From: Methylotenera sp.
Lineage (GTDB): Bacteria; Pseudomonadota; Gammaproteobacteria; Burkholderiales; Methylophilaceae
Assembly: GCA_013141075.1 (NCBI GenBank)
Contig: JABFRQ010000004.1
Span: 3,073-67,072, forward strand
Direction of reading: 5' to 3'
Length of the DNA stretch: 64,000 nucleotides
Part shown: in pieces, positions 39,868 through 50,242 of the stretch
Layout: each line of letters starts with the position of its first letter
Numbering within the stretch: position 1 is the stretch's first letter
Translations under genes and position numbers: made by a program
The notes under the pieces: generated by a model
What the model was told of the DNA's origin: nothing
Seen by the model: only the letters and a program-made list of their open reading frames with translations
Databases searched by the model: none

Positions 39868-40644
39868 TTACGAAGCCGTAAAATCGCGCCAAGTAAAACC
39901 TAAATCTTTAACCCCAGCTTTTAACGCCACCATTGCCTGCAACACCTTATCTGGCGCGCCTTTTGCGCCTAACTCCACATGCGGGTTAGGTTTTAATTTG
40001 GGCAGGCTAAATACTTTTACATCAAACTCTGTAATCACTGTGTTCATTAAATCAATCAAACGGCTTTCAACGCCGCTTTCCACGATGATAGATTGCTCTA
40101 AATATTTAGTTTGATGAAATAAATGCGCGTAATGCGTATCTAGCACCCATTCCATCATCGGGTGCGCCATTTCAGGAAAACCAGGCACAAAATAATGCTG
40201 ATGAATACTAAAACCCGCCACGCGATTGACAGGGTTAGGTATTAGCGCCGCACCTTGCGGAAAATCTGCCATCAACACACGCTTAGGGTAAGCGCCTTCT
40301 CCATATTGCGCCTCAATATTCGCCACCGCGCCCGCATGACGCGCTAACGGCACGCCAGCCGCATCTGCCGCACATTGGCGCGTAAAATCATCAGGCGTTG
40401 CGCCTATACCGCCAAAGCTAAATACAATATCGCTATTTTGTTGATTGCGTTCCATGCTAGCTTTGAGCGAAGCAGTAATTTGTGCAGGAATATCCCCCAA
40501 ATAACTCGCCCAAGCCAACTGCAAGCCGCGCGCAGAGAGTAATTCAATGGCTTTACTTAAGTGTTTGTCTTGGCGCTTGCCAGAGAGAATTTCATCGCCG
40601 ATGATGTAAATGCCAAAGTTTTGCATATTTAGTTTATGTATCAC
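39868..40644 (-). CDS. CinA-like molybdopterin-binding (competence/damage-inducible) protein
   Basis: IIGDEILSGKRQD, GGIGATPDD.T, PGFP; start may be 40626. Confidence 0.88.
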   Translation of the reverse strand: MIHKLNMQNFGIYIIGDEILSGKRQDKHLSKAIELLSARGLQLAWASYLGDIPAQITASLKASMERNQQNSDIVFSFGGIGATPDDFTRQCAADAAGVPLARHAGAVANIEAQYGEGAYPKRVLMADFPQGAALIPNPVNRVAGFSIHQHYFVPGFPEMAHPMMEWVLDTHYAHLFHQTKYLEQSIIVESGVESRLIDLMNTVITEFDVKVFSLPKLKPNPHVELGAKGAPDKVLQAMVALKAGVKDLGFTWRDFTAS

Positions 40645-40674
40645 CTAATCTATTATTTTACCCACTTTTAAAGT

Positions 40675-41052
40675 CCCGTCATCCTCGCGAACGCGGGGAT
40701 CCATTTTGACTTTAACTACCAACCAAATCTAAATACAAATCGCGCCAATCAATATTTACGCTTTCAATTAATTCAATCTTCCACGCGCGATTCCACTTTT
40801 TAAGTTGTTTTTCACGGGAGATTGCCGTTAGCATATCTTCGCACATTTCAAAATACACCAAGTGATGTAGTTGATGTTGTTGGCTAAAACCATCCACTAA
40901 ATCTTGTTTATGTTGCCAGATGCGTTGAATTAAATCGCTTGTGACACCAATGTACAAAGTGCCGCGTGCTTGGTTACTTAGAATATAAACGCAAGGTTGT
41001 TTCATTAAGTGCTAACTTCAAAATGGATCCCCGCTTTCGCGAGGATGACGGG
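40675..41052. mobile_element. GIY-YIG gene bracketed by 35-bp inverted REP-like repeats
   Basis: CCCGTCATCCTCGCGAACGCGGGGATCCATTTTGA (40675-40709) and its reverse complement with one mismatch (41018-41052). Confidence 0.6.
40712..41005 (-). CDS. GIY-YIG nuclease family protein
   Basis: CVYIL......TLYIGVTSDL.QR..QHK, A..REKQLKKWNRAWK. Confidence 0.92.
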   Translation of the reverse strand: MKQPCVYILSNQARGTLYIGVTSDLIQRIWQHKQDLVDGFSQQHQLHHLVYFEMCEDMLTAISREKQLKKWNRAWKIELIESVNIDWRDLYLDLVGS

Positions 41053-41178
41053 GTTGGTAGATTGTAGCAATAAAATAATTGCAGCGTTAAGCGTTACATT
41101 TTCTTATAGGCTCGATTTTCAATTTGTTTGGACATAAGTTGGGGAAAATGCACAAAGTAAGAAACTATCACCTACGCT

Positions 41179-41210
41179 GTCATTCCCGTGAAAACGGGAA
41201 TCCATTTTGA
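41179..41210 (+). repeat. Third copy of the GTCAT-tagged REP-like palindrome
   Basis: GTCATTCCCGTGAAAACGGGAATCCATTTTGA (ATTCCC-N8-GGGAAT core). Confidence 0.7.
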
Positions 41211-41253
41211 ACTGTAAGTTTTAAATTTCTTCACAGCTGTGCAATTGCTAATT

Positions 41254-41853
41254 CTACTCGGCGTTAAGTTTCTTCTTTAGATTGCTAACCATTTTAGTAT
41301 TGATAAACACTTTATAATCAACAACTGATGAAAATTCATATTTAAGTATATCTTGGTATATTTTTCCTTTGGATTTTTGGAATGAATTACGAATAAATCC
41401 ATCATAACCAATTTTATCTAGTGAGTTGGTTGCGAGTAACTCGCACCATCGCCTTATGTTTTTTACTAATTTCAACAAGTCATCTCTACTTAGATTTTGG
41501 TCTGTTAATTGACCATGAAAAATTTTATTTCGATACTTTTTCGATTTTTCAAGATCTTTATTTAAGCTTGTGTATTCTTCACCAATTAAATCTATCGTGG
41601 AAAATTTAGATATATGATTGAAGCCAATTTCTAACTCCTTGAAGTAAACTTTGGGATTTTTTGCAAGAGTATTTTTAAGTGCATTAATATCAGCTGTATT
41701 GAAGGCTTTTGATTGAAAAACTAAATGTGTAAATAATCGCCGCATCTGGCGCTCTGATTTAATTAGTGAAAGTGCAAATGCGTCAACACCACGAGTTTCA
41801 AGTTTAGACTCTAGAATCAAGTCTACTGCTGCAAATTCTTCTTTAAAATTCAT
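41254..41853 (-). CDS. Hypothetical AT-rich protein with HEPN-type RxxxxH motif
   Basis: YRNKIFHG; start re-assigned to MNFKEEF directly after polA stop. Confidence 0.65.
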   Translation of the reverse strand: MNFKEEFAAVDLILESKLETRGVDAFALSLIKSERQMRRLFTHLVFQSKAFNTADINALKNTLAKNPKVYFKELEIGFNHISKFSTIDLIGEEYTSLNKDLEKSKKYRNKIFHGQLTDQNLSRDDLLKLVKNIRRWCELLATNSLDKIGYDGFIRNSFQKSKGKIYQDILKYEFSSVVDYKVFINTKMVSNLKKKLNAE

Positions 41854-41854
41854 G

Positions 41855-44668
41855 CTAATGCGCCCCTTCCCAATTACTCCCCACGCCCACTTCAGCCAGC
41901 AACGGCACATCCAACTTCGCCACATTCTGCATCAACGCTGGCAGTTTGGCTTTTACTAACTCCAGCTCAGTATCAGGCACTTCAAGCACCAGTTCATCAT
42001 GCACTTGCATAATGAGTTTTGTTGCAAGTTTCTCTGTTTTCAGCCATTTATCCACCGCAATCATGGCGAGTTTAATCAAGTCTGCCGCAGTGCCTTGCAT
42101 GGGTGCGTTGATGGCGGCGCGTTCGGCACCTGCACGGCGTTGGCCGTTGGCGCTGTTGATTTCTGGTACCCATAATCGGCGGCCGAAGTAGGTTTCTACA
42201 TAGCCTTTTTGTTTGGCGATTTCGCGGGTGTTTTGCATGTATTCGCGCACGCCTGGGTAGCGGGCGAAGTAGCGTTCTATGTAGCTGGCGGCGGCGCTGC
42301 GTTCTATGTTGAGGTTTTGCGCAAGGCCGAACGCGCTCATGCCGTAAATTAGGCCGAAGTTAATCACTTTGGCGTAGCGGCGCTGCTCATTATCTACATT
42401 ATCGCGCTCTACACCAAACACTTCAGCCGCTGTGTGGCGGTGAATGTCTTCATTATTGGCGAAGGCCTGTAGCATGCCTGCATCTTGCGATAAATGCGCC
42501 ATGATGCGTAGCTCGATTTGTGAGTAATCGGCTGAAACAATATGGCTGCCTTGTGGCGCAATAAACGCTTCGCGGATGCGGCGACCTTCAACACTTCTTA
42601 CAGGAATGTTTTGTAAGTTGGGGTCGCTACTCGCCAGCCTGCCAGTAATCGCCACGGCTTGGTTGTAGCTAGTGTGCACGCGGCCTGTGGCGGCGTTTAT
42701 CATTTTTGGCAGCTTGTCGGTGTAGGTGGATTTTAGTTTGGCCAAGCCGCGATATTCCAACAAAACTTTGGGTAATGGGTGGTCTAGCGCGAGTTCTTGT
42801 AGCACGTCTTCATCGGTACTTGGCGCGCCAGAAGGTGTTTTTTTGGTGGGTTTTATGCCGAGTTTATCAAACAAAATTTCTTGCAATTGTTTGGGCGAGG
42901 CTAGGTTAAAAGGCTGGCCTGCCAGTTCGTAGGCTTGATTTTCTAGCGCGATTAGTTTTAAGCCAATTTCGTTGCTTTGCGCGTGCAACATGGCAGAATC
43001 AATGAGCACGCCATTGCGCTCTATGGTGAATAAACACGCTGAACTTGGCATTTCAATTTGGCTATAAATGAAGTCTAGCTTGGCATCTGCGGCGATTTGT
43101 GGGTACATGGCTTCGTGCAATTGCAGGGTAATATCGGCATCTTCAGCCGCGTATTCGGCGGCAACTTCTACCGTCACTTGGTTAAAGCCAACTTGTTTGG
43201 CGCCTTTGCCTGCTACGTCTTCAAAATGAATGGTTTGCAAGCCTAAGTGCCGTTCTGCGAGTGCATCCATGCCGTGCGTTTTATGGCTTTCAAACACGTA
43301 AGATTGCAGCATGGTGTCGTGTGCGATGCCATTTAATGCGATGCCGTGATTAGCTAACACGTGGCAATCATACTTCAGGTTTTGGCCGACTTTTTTAATA
43401 TTGGTATTTTCTAAAATTGGTTTAATTTTGGCTAAAGTTTCAGCAAAATTCAGCTGGTCTGGCGCGTCAAAATAATCGTGTTTGAGGGGTAAATACGCAG
43501 CGCTACCCGCTTCTACGCTGAATGACATGCCAACTATTTTGGCAGTCATTGGGTCTAGTGAGGTGGTTTCGGTATCAAAGCAAATGAGTTCTGCTGCTTT
43601 TAATTTTGCTAGCCAAGTATCTAATTGTTCGTTGCTTAAAATGGTTTCAAAGTTTCGGTTGGTGTTAGCTTCATATGGTTTTGGGGCAAATAAATCATCT
43701 GAAACAGATGCTCTGGAAGGCGCATGGGCTTGTTTATTAAAATCAGGGGCTTGCAGGGCAGGTGTTTTTTCTACATTATGCGCACTATTTTGCATATTAT
43801 TCGGCATATTATCTAACTCACGCCGCCAGCTTTTAAACTCAAAGCGGTCAAATAATTCTGCCAATTTAGCTTTATCAATCGCTTGCGGCGCAAGGTCGCT
43901 TAAGTTTTCCTGAATGCCGACATCACAACGGATGGTAATGAGCTCCCGCGCGGTGGGTAGCCAAGGGAGTGCTTTGCGTAAATTTTCACCCACCACGCCT
44001 GTAATATGCTCGGCATTGGCGACGATATTATTAAGCGAGCCATATTGCGTGAGCCATTTTACTGCGGTTTTTGGCCCCACTTTTTCAACGCCAGGCACGT
44101 TGTCTGAGGTGTCACCAACCAGCACTAAATAATCAATAATTAAGCGCGGCGGAATGCCAAATTTCTTTTCAACACCTGCAATGTCTAGCACGTCATCCAC
44201 GCGCCTAAACGCATCGCGCATGGTGTTCACCACGGTAATATGCTCGTTCACCAACTGCGTAATATCTTTATCGCCTGTGCTGATAATGGTACGCACACCT
44301 TCGCGCTCGGCTTGTTTGGCGAGTGCGCCAATCACATCGTCTGCCTCAACGCCGTTTTCCACAATCAGCGGCCAGCCCATGGCTTTAATGGCCTCATGCA
44401 GCGGCTCAATTTGCGCGCGTAAATCATCGGGCATGCTGGCGCGGTTGGCTTTATATTCTGGGTAAATGTCATCGCGAAAAGTTTTGCCTTTTGCATCAAA
44501 AACACACGCGCTATAATCACTCGGGTAATCTTTGTGCAAACGGCGTAACATGTTCAATACGCCCTGAATCGCGCCTGTAGGCTCATTTTGACTATTGCGC
44601 AAGTCGGGCATGGCGTGAAAAGCGCGGTAAAGGTATGATGAGCCATCCACTAATAACAAAGTTTTCAT
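41855..44668 (-). CDS. polA: DNA polymerase I
   Basis: LLVDGSSYLYRAFHA, FDTETTSL, DYSQIELR, NFGLIYGMS, QVHDELV. Confidence 0.99.
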   Translation of the reverse strand: MKTLLLVDGSSYLYRAFHAMPDLRNSQNEPTGAIQGVLNMLRRLHKDYPSDYSACVFDAKGKTFRDDIYPEYKANRASMPDDLRAQIEPLHEAIKAMGWPLIVENGVEADDVIGALAKQAEREGVRTIISTGDKDITQLVNEHITVVNTMRDAFRRVDDVLDIAGVEKKFGIPPRLIIDYLVLVGDTSDNVPGVEKVGPKTAVKWLTQYGSLNNIVANAEHITGVVGENLRKALPWLPTARELITIRCDVGIQENLSDLAPQAIDKAKLAELFDRFEFKSWRRELDNMPNNMQNSAHNVEKTPALQAPDFNKQAHAPSRASVSDDLFAPKPYEANTNRNFETILSNEQLDTWLAKLKAAELICFDTETTSLDPMTAKIVGMSFSVEAGSAAYLPLKHDYFDAPDQLNFAETLAKIKPILENTNIKKVGQNLKYDCHVLANHGIALNGIAHDTMLQSYVFESHKTHGMDALAERHLGLQTIHFEDVAGKGAKQVGFNQVTVEVAAEYAAEDADITLQLHEAMYPQIAADAKLDFIYSQIEMPSSACLFTIERNGVLIDSAMLHAQSNEIGLKLIALENQAYELAGQPFNLASPKQLQEILFDKLGIKPTKKTPSGAPSTDEDVLQELALDHPLPKVLLEYRGLAKLKSTYTDKLPKMINAATGRVHTSYNQAVAITGRLASSDPNLQNIPVRSVEGRRIREAFIAPQGSHIVSADYSQIELRIMAHLSQDAGMLQAFANNEDIHRHTAAEVFGVERDNVDNEQRRYAKVINFGLIYGMSAFGLAQNLNIERSAAASYIERYFARYPGVREYMQNTREIAKQKGYVETYFGRRLWVPEINSANGQRRAGAERAAINAPMQGTAADLIKLAMIAVDKWLKTEKLATKLIMQVHDELVLEVPDTELELVKAKLPALMQNVAKLDVPLLAEVGVGSNWEGAH

Positions 44669-44818
44669 ATAAAAATCCAAAGGTTGTCGTGATGCGTTGT
44701 TGCCAACTTTTTAAAGCCGTTTGCATAATAAACCATATGCGGCACGCCTTAAAAAAGTTTTGCGCCTAGCCTCACTTAAACCTTTGAATTTTTAGCTTAA
44801 ATTAAAGAAGGCGAGATA

Positions 44819-45547
44819 ATGTCTATTGTAAAAAAAATTCCAAAAACCACTGACCCTGATGAATTGGGGCATCGTCAATCTGGCCATGAGTCATGGCATG
44901 CTTTTGAGATTATGGCAGAATTTGTGGACGCGACCGAACGGCTTAAAGAAATTACGCCTGCGGTTTCAATTTTTGGCAGTGCGCGCACGCCAGTCGACCA
45001 CCCTTATTACAAGCTGACTGAAGAAATTGCACGCTTGCTGAGCGACGCGGGTTTTAGTGTGATTTCAGGCGGCGGGCCAGGCATTATGGAGGCCGCCAAC
45101 AAAGGCGCTTTTGCAGGAAAAGCGCCCAGCATCGGCTTGAATATTGAGTTGCCGCATGAGCAAACGAATAATCCGTATCAAGATATTAGCCAAAATTTTA
45201 AACACTTTTTTATGCGTAAAGTGATGTTTGTTAAATACGCCAGCGCTTATGTGGTGATGCCTGGCGGTTTTGGCACGCTGGATGAAGTGATGGAAGCAAT
45301 TACGCTGGTGCAAACGGGTAAAACTGTAAAAATACCGATTATTTTAGTGTGCGAGCCATTTTGGCGTGGTTTGGTTGAATGGATTAAAACTACATTGGTG
45401 AATGAGAAAATGATTGCGATTGAAGACTTAGATTTAATCCAAATGATAGATGAGCCAAAGCAGATTGTTGAAGCGATTTTCAAACATTACGAAACACGCG
45501 GCTTTAAATTATCTGCCGAAGAAGAGCGCGTGCAGCTTTACTTGTAG
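44819..45547 (+). CDS. LOG-family protein (TIGR00730-like)
   Basis: SGGGPGIMEAAN, PGGFGTLDE. Confidence 0.92.
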   Translation: MSIVKKIPKTTDPDELGHRQSGHESWHAFEIMAEFVDATERLKEITPAVSIFGSARTPVDHPYYKLTEEIARLLSDAGFSVISGGGPGIMEAANKGAFAGKAPSIGLNIELPHEQTNNPYQDISQNFKHFFMRKVMFVKYASAYVVMPGGFGTLDEVMEAITLVQTGKTVKIPIILVCEPFWRGLVEWIKTTLVNEKMIAIEDLDLIQMIDEPKQIVEAIFKHYETRGFKLSAEEERVQLYL

Positions 45548-45662
45548 CACTGTGTTTTAGGAGCTGTTTATTTCTATAAACACAAGATTAAACCTGCGTA
45601 ATTTGTTAAAATAAATCTACGTTCAATTCGGTTGAATCAACTTTAGAAAGCAGGTGTTTGCT

Positions 45663-46022
45663 ATGCGTAAAATCTATCAGAATTTAATTGGCTTGTTGGC
45701 GACAGTGGCGCTACCTTTGGTGGCAATGGCCGAAGCGCCGAAACCAACACCTACACCAGCAGACGCCGTGCCGCTTGAAGAATTTACGCCACCAGTCATT
45801 ACGCAAGACAGCAATGCTGATGAGCCGCAAATTACCATTACCAAAAAACATGGTGAAACCATTGAAGAATACCGCGTAAACGGCCAACTTTATATGATGA
45901 AAGTGACTCCAGCGCACGGCGTACCTTATTACATGCACAAAGAGGATCAAGATGGCGGTTGGTTAATGGATGGCCCCAATCAACCCATGAGTATTCCTAA
46001 GTGGACATTATTTAGGTTTTAA
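45663..46022 (+). CDS. DUF2782-family secreted protein
   Basis: Signal peptide; IEEYRVNGQLYMMKVTP..G.PYY; P.W.LF.F end. Confidence 0.85.
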   Translation: MRKIYQNLIGLLATVALPLVAMAEAPKPTPTPADAVPLEEFTPPVITQDSNADEPQITITKKHGETIEEYRVNGQLYMMKVTPAHGVPYYMHKEDQDGGWLMDGPNQPMSIPKWTLFRF

Positions 46023-46036
46023 TTTCACAACGAATT

Positions 46037-46060
46037 AAAAGAGGGTTCATCACCCTCTTT
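46037..46060 (+). terminator. Rho-independent terminator
   Basis: AAAAGAGGG-ttcatca-CCCTCTTT. Confidence 0.6.
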
Positions 46061-46105
46061 ATTGTTTTAATTTGCAATATTCAACCTATCGATTACCTCT
46101 AATTT

Positions 46106-47062
46106 ATGTCTGTATTTACCTCGGTTAGCACACAACAATTACAAGCTTGGCTACAAGATTACGCAATTGGCGAACTTGTGGAATTAAAAGGCATTTCAGC
46201 AGGCATTACTAACACCAATTTTTTTGTGACAATCCAAGAAAATAGCGGCGTTCAAACTAAGTATGTGCTTACTTTGTTTGAGCAAAATGCGATGGACGAC
46301 TTACCTTATTTTATTGATTTAATGAGCCATTTAGCGGCGCACGGTATACCCTGCCCACGCCCGATTGCCGATAAAAAAGGTGGTTGTTTACATGTGTTGA
46401 ATGGTAAGCCCGCGGCCTTGGTGAGCTGTTTGAGTGGTCAGGATATTGAAGCGCCAAATGCTGCTCAGTGTGCTGAAGTTGGTCGCGTGCTAGCCAATAT
46501 GCACCTTGTAGGGCAATCGTTTGAAGCGCAATTTCCTCAGCATGACAGTCATAATCAACGCGGTTCAGAGTGGCGCACAAAAACTGCTACGCTAGTGATG
46601 CCGCATTTACCAGCGGCAGAGCAACAATTACTGCAGGCAACCATGGCGTTTCAAGCCGCATTTGACACTTCGAAACTGCCAAGGGGCGTAATCCACGCAG
46701 ATTTATTCCGCGATAATGTGCTGTTTGATGGCGATAAAATTGGTGGATTTATTGATTTTTATTATGCCTGCCACGATGTGCTGGCGTATGACTTAGCAAT
46801 TGCCGTGAATGATTGGTGTGTGGCGGCTGACGGCAGTTTAGATGAAGCTAGATTAAACGCCATGCTAACCACGTATCAAGCTGTACGGCCGCTAAGCGAA
46901 GCAGAGCGCGACGCTTGGGCTGGCTTGTTGCGTATTGCCGCTTTGCGCTTTTGGCTATCGCGTTTGCATGACCAAATTTTTCCGCATGCGGGTGAATTAA
47001 CGCATGCAAAAGACCCTAATCATTTTAAAAAAATATTAAAATTGCGTGCGGAGCGTAAATAA
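46106..47062 (+). CDS. thrB: Homoserine kinase (type II, APH fold)
   Basis: MSVFT.V, GITNTNF, GVIHADLFRDNVLF, LRFWLSRL. Confidence 0.95.
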   Translation: MSVFTSVSTQQLQAWLQDYAIGELVELKGISAGITNTNFFVTIQENSGVQTKYVLTLFEQNAMDDLPYFIDLMSHLAAHGIPCPRPIADKKGGCLHVLNGKPAALVSCLSGQDIEAPNAAQCAEVGRVLANMHLVGQSFEAQFPQHDSHNQRGSEWRTKTATLVMPHLPAAEQQLLQATMAFQAAFDTSKLPRGVIHADLFRDNVLFDGDKIGGFIDFYYACHDVLAYDLAIAVNDWCVAADGSLDEARLNAMLTTYQAVRPLSEAERDAWAGLLRIAALRFWLSRLHDQIFPHAGELTHAKDPNHFKKILKLRAERK

Positions 47063-47068
47063 TGGCGT

Positions 47069-47171
47069 GTAGTTCGGACTTTCACACCTTACTTGCCACT
47101 TTAGCGGCTTAGTAAATTAGGGAAGCCAAATGCTGGCTTAGTCCGAGAAGTCGGGTTCAAACCCGACCTAC
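47069..47171. repeat. GTAG-tagged REP-like element(s)
   Basis: Minus strand GTAG-GTCGGG-tttgaa-CCCGAC at 47150-47171; degenerate inverted GTAG copy at 47069. Confidence 0.5.
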
Positions 47172-47201
47172 AGCTGAATGAACTGAATTAGGAACAATAC
47201 C

Positions 47202-47936
47202 ATGACAGAAGACTTAACCACAAAACCCTTACAAATCAAGCAAGTACCAGCAAGCCATGCTTGGCGTTGGATTGTGAGCGGTTTTCAGATATTCAAAGCT
47301 TACCCAGCCATGTGGATTATTTTATTCATTATTTATTTGGCAATTGTTATACCGCTTTCAATGATTCCGCTATTTGGCACGGTGTTTGGCGCGCTTGCCG
47401 CGCCAGTATTTGCTGCGGGCATGATGATAGGCTGCGCGGCGGTAATGCAGCACCAAGAGCTAGAAATCAATCACTTATTCGCAGGCTTTAAGAAAAACAC
47501 CGCGCAGCTCATTTCGGTAGGCGGGTTTTATTTGGTGGCTCTTATATTGGTTTCTGTATTTGTTGTGATGAATATAGATAAGGAAACCATCGAGTTGATG
47601 GTAAAAGGGCAAGAGCTCACACCAACGCAAGCCGCTAACGCGATGAAACCTTCAGTATTTTTTGCCATGCTTTTACTCATCCCCGTACTCATGGCGTATT
47701 GGTTTGCGCCATTGCTAGTGCGCTTGCATAATCTAACCGCATTTGAAGCCATGAAAATGAGTTTTATGGCCGTTTTACACAATATCATTCCAGTCAGTGT
47801 GTATGCCCTGATCTTTTTGGGCTTATCTATCATTGCGATTATTCCGCTTGGTTTAGGTTTGCTAGTGGTGGTGCCTGTGATGATTACCAGCACTTACACT
47901 TGTTATTTGGATGTTTTTGGCATTAGCCATGATTAA
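47202..47936 (+). CDS. BPSS1780-family membrane protein
   Basis: AWRWI..GF.IFK..P.MWI; LEINHLFAGF; WFAP.LV. Confidence 0.85.
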   Translation: MTEDLTTKPLQIKQVPASHAWRWIVSGFQIFKAYPAMWIILFIIYLAIVIPLSMIPLFGTVFGALAAPVFAAGMMIGCAAVMQHQELEINHLFAGFKKNTAQLISVGGFYLVALILVSVFVVMNIDKETIELMVKGQELTPTQAANAMKPSVFFAMLLLIPVLMAYWFAPLLVRLHNLTAFEAMKMSFMAVLHNIIPVSVYALIFLGLSIIAIIPLGLGLLVVVPVMITSTYTCYLDVFGISHD

Positions 47937-47949
47937 TTGTTAATAGCAA

Positions 47950-47973
47950 TGTCGCACTCATTGAAGTGCGACA
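47950..47973. promoter_or_regulatory. Perfect 9-bp inverted repeat upstream of TonB receptor (operator or terminator)
   Basis: TGTCGCACT-N6-AGTGCGACA. Confidence 0.4.
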
Positions 47974-48046
47974 ATTTGTCACATTTCTTTTGATTACATA
48001 GGCTTATATAATCTTGCGTGAAATTTTCATTCAAGGATAAGCCAAA

Positions 48047-50215
48047 ATGCGCCGCGTTAAACAATCAAAACACACTCACAACCACACCTTGTTTGCACTA
48101 AGCTTGCTGACATTGGCACTTAATCAAGTAGTTTATGCTGAAGAACCTGCGGCGCAGGTTCATAGCGAGGCGACAACAGAATTAGCACCAGTGCAAATAC
48201 GCGCCACGCCAGATATGGGTTATACCGTGAAAAACTCTAGCTCGGCAACTAGAACCGATACGCCAATTAGGCAAATTCCACAGTCTATGCAGGTTATTCC
48301 GCGTCAGCTGATAGATGATCAACAAAATATAACAGTAGGCGAAACGCTTAAAAACGTGAGCGGTGTGGTGACGAATGATGAGTTTTCAAGCCCAGCTTTT
48401 GAAACCACAAGAATCAGAGGCTTTGCGGCGGAGCAATTGGTGGATGGTTTTTCTCAATATTACAATTCTGGTGACCGTGAAAGCTTAGTTAATATTGATA
48501 AAATTGAAGTGTTAAAGGGTGCGAATGCTATTTTATACAGTGGCGGTGCGGGTACACCAGTAGGTGGTGTGGTGAATATCAACTCTAAATTACCACAAGC
48601 AAAAGCTTTTGGTGAGCTTGGCATGAAGGTTGGAACAGATAGTTTTGTACAGCCCTTTTTTGACGTCAATCAACCGCTCACAGAAAACATGCTTTTTCGC
48701 GTGACGGGTGAATACACCAAGGCTAAAAATAATATTGATGTGATTGACCAAAGGCGTTATAATATTAACCCATCACTTACGTTTACCAATAATAAAGACA
48801 CCATTTTTACGCTACAAGGTAAAGCATCGCGTTGGTCACAACAAGAATATCAAGGCTTGCCTGCGGTGGGTACATTAACGGGTGCGTTTAAAATAAAATC
48901 AGATTTATTCATAGGTAATAAAGACATCCCTGACAGTACGTCTAAATTTAATGGCTTATGGGCAAGTTTAGACCACAAGTTTAATGATACGTGGTCATTT
49001 AATGCCAAAGCACGTTACTCAGAATCAAAATTTGATGAAAAGGCGCAACTTCTTTCACAAAATACACCTGATATACCACCTTCAATTTGGATGTTATCTG
49101 ACACGAATATGTTTCAGACGCAAAAAGAACAAAGTGTGTTGCTCAACACCACGGCTAAATTTGACTTAGGGGCTACAAAAAACACAGTCATCGTGGGTGC
49201 TGACTATACTGAAGTGAAAGACAAAGGCACGATGAATACCGATGCCTTTTTAGTATTTTTCGGTTTTGCTCCACCTAATTTGGTGGATATATCAAACCCT
49301 GTATTTGCAACAGCTTATGTTAATCCGCCCACATCTGCGTTTACTAGTTTGACAGATGCGGTAATTAAAAATACAACTTACGGTGCTTATGTGCAATTAC
49401 AAAGCACCATTTATGACCGCTTTCATTTACTTGCAGCCTTAAGGCAAGCGCATGTAGGCGTAAATTACGATGAGCTGACCTCGGCCACAAGCACTAAAAC
49501 TGATAAAAACAAATTGTTGGCACGCATCGGCGGCGTGTTTGATGTGAACGATAGTTTTTCAGTATTTGCTAACTACGCTGAAGGTATGCGTGGTCAGTCA
49601 TTCTCAATTTTTGCACCCAATGTGAAGCCTGCTCCAGCAGAATCACGTAGTAAAGAAATTGGCGTGAAGTTTGATGTGAATAGTGAACTAACAGGGCAAG
49701 CCGCATTATTTCACATTGATAGAACCAATGTGGCTGTTGGCTTTCCTGCAACTCCTACAGGAGAGCAACGTTCACGTGGGTTTGATACAGACATCACTTG
49801 GCGGCCAAACAACACGTGGAGTTTACTCGCCAACTATGCGCACACCAATGCGAAGTTTACCAACAATGCAAGTGCAACAATACTTGCTGGTAACCCTGTG
49901 CAAGGAATCCCTAAAAATGCGGCAAGGCTTTGGGCAAATTACAGCTTTCAGCAAGATGCGCTAAAAGGCTTGAGTGCTGGATTAGGCGTTAATTGGCAAT
50001 CAGGCGTTTATGTTTTAGATTCCACACAATATAAAACTGAAAGTTATCACACGGTAGATGCTAGCCTTGCCTATAAAACAGACCGTTTTAACCTTGGCTT
50101 AACTGTGAAAAACTTAACGAATCAAGACTATTACCAATATTACAACTACTTTGGTGGTCGCGTTAGACCAGACGCAGGTACTTCTGCCTATTTAAGCGCA
50201 TCATTCAAATATTAA
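48047..50215 (+). CDS. TonB-dependent receptor (siderophore-type)
   Basis: Signal peptide, SATRTDTPIRQIPQS plug, IDKIEVLKG, NLTNQDYY, C-terminal aromatic. Confidence 0.95.
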   Translation: MRRVKQSKHTHNHTLFALSLLTLALNQVVYAEEPAAQVHSEATTELAPVQIRATPDMGYTVKNSSSATRTDTPIRQIPQSMQVIPRQLIDDQQNITVGETLKNVSGVVTNDEFSSPAFETTRIRGFAAEQLVDGFSQYYNSGDRESLVNIDKIEVLKGANAILYSGGAGTPVGGVVNINSKLPQAKAFGELGMKVGTDSFVQPFFDVNQPLTENMLFRVTGEYTKAKNNIDVIDQRRYNINPSLTFTNNKDTIFTLQGKASRWSQQEYQGLPAVGTLTGAFKIKSDLFIGNKDIPDSTSKFNGLWASLDHKFNDTWSFNAKARYSESKFDEKAQLLSQNTPDIPPSIWMLSDTNMFQTQKEQSVLLNTTAKFDLGATKNTVIVGADYTEVKDKGTMNTDAFLVFFGFAPPNLVDISNPVFATAYVNPPTSAFTSLTDAVIKNTTYGAYVQLQSTIYDRFHLLAALRQAHVGVNYDELTSATSTKTDKNKLLARIGGVFDVNDSFSVFANYAEGMRGQSFSIFAPNVKPAPAESRSKEIGVKFDVNSELTGQAALFHIDRTNVAVGFPATPTGEQRSRGFDTDITWRPNNTWSLLANYAHTNAKFTNNASATILAGNPVQGIPKNAARLWANYSFQQDALKGLSAGLGVNWQSGVYVLDSTQYKTESYHTVDASLAYKTDRFNLGLTVKNLTNQDYYQYYNYFGGRVRPDAGTSAYLSASFKY

Positions 50216-50242
50216 GGTCTTGAATAATTAAGGAATTGCGTT

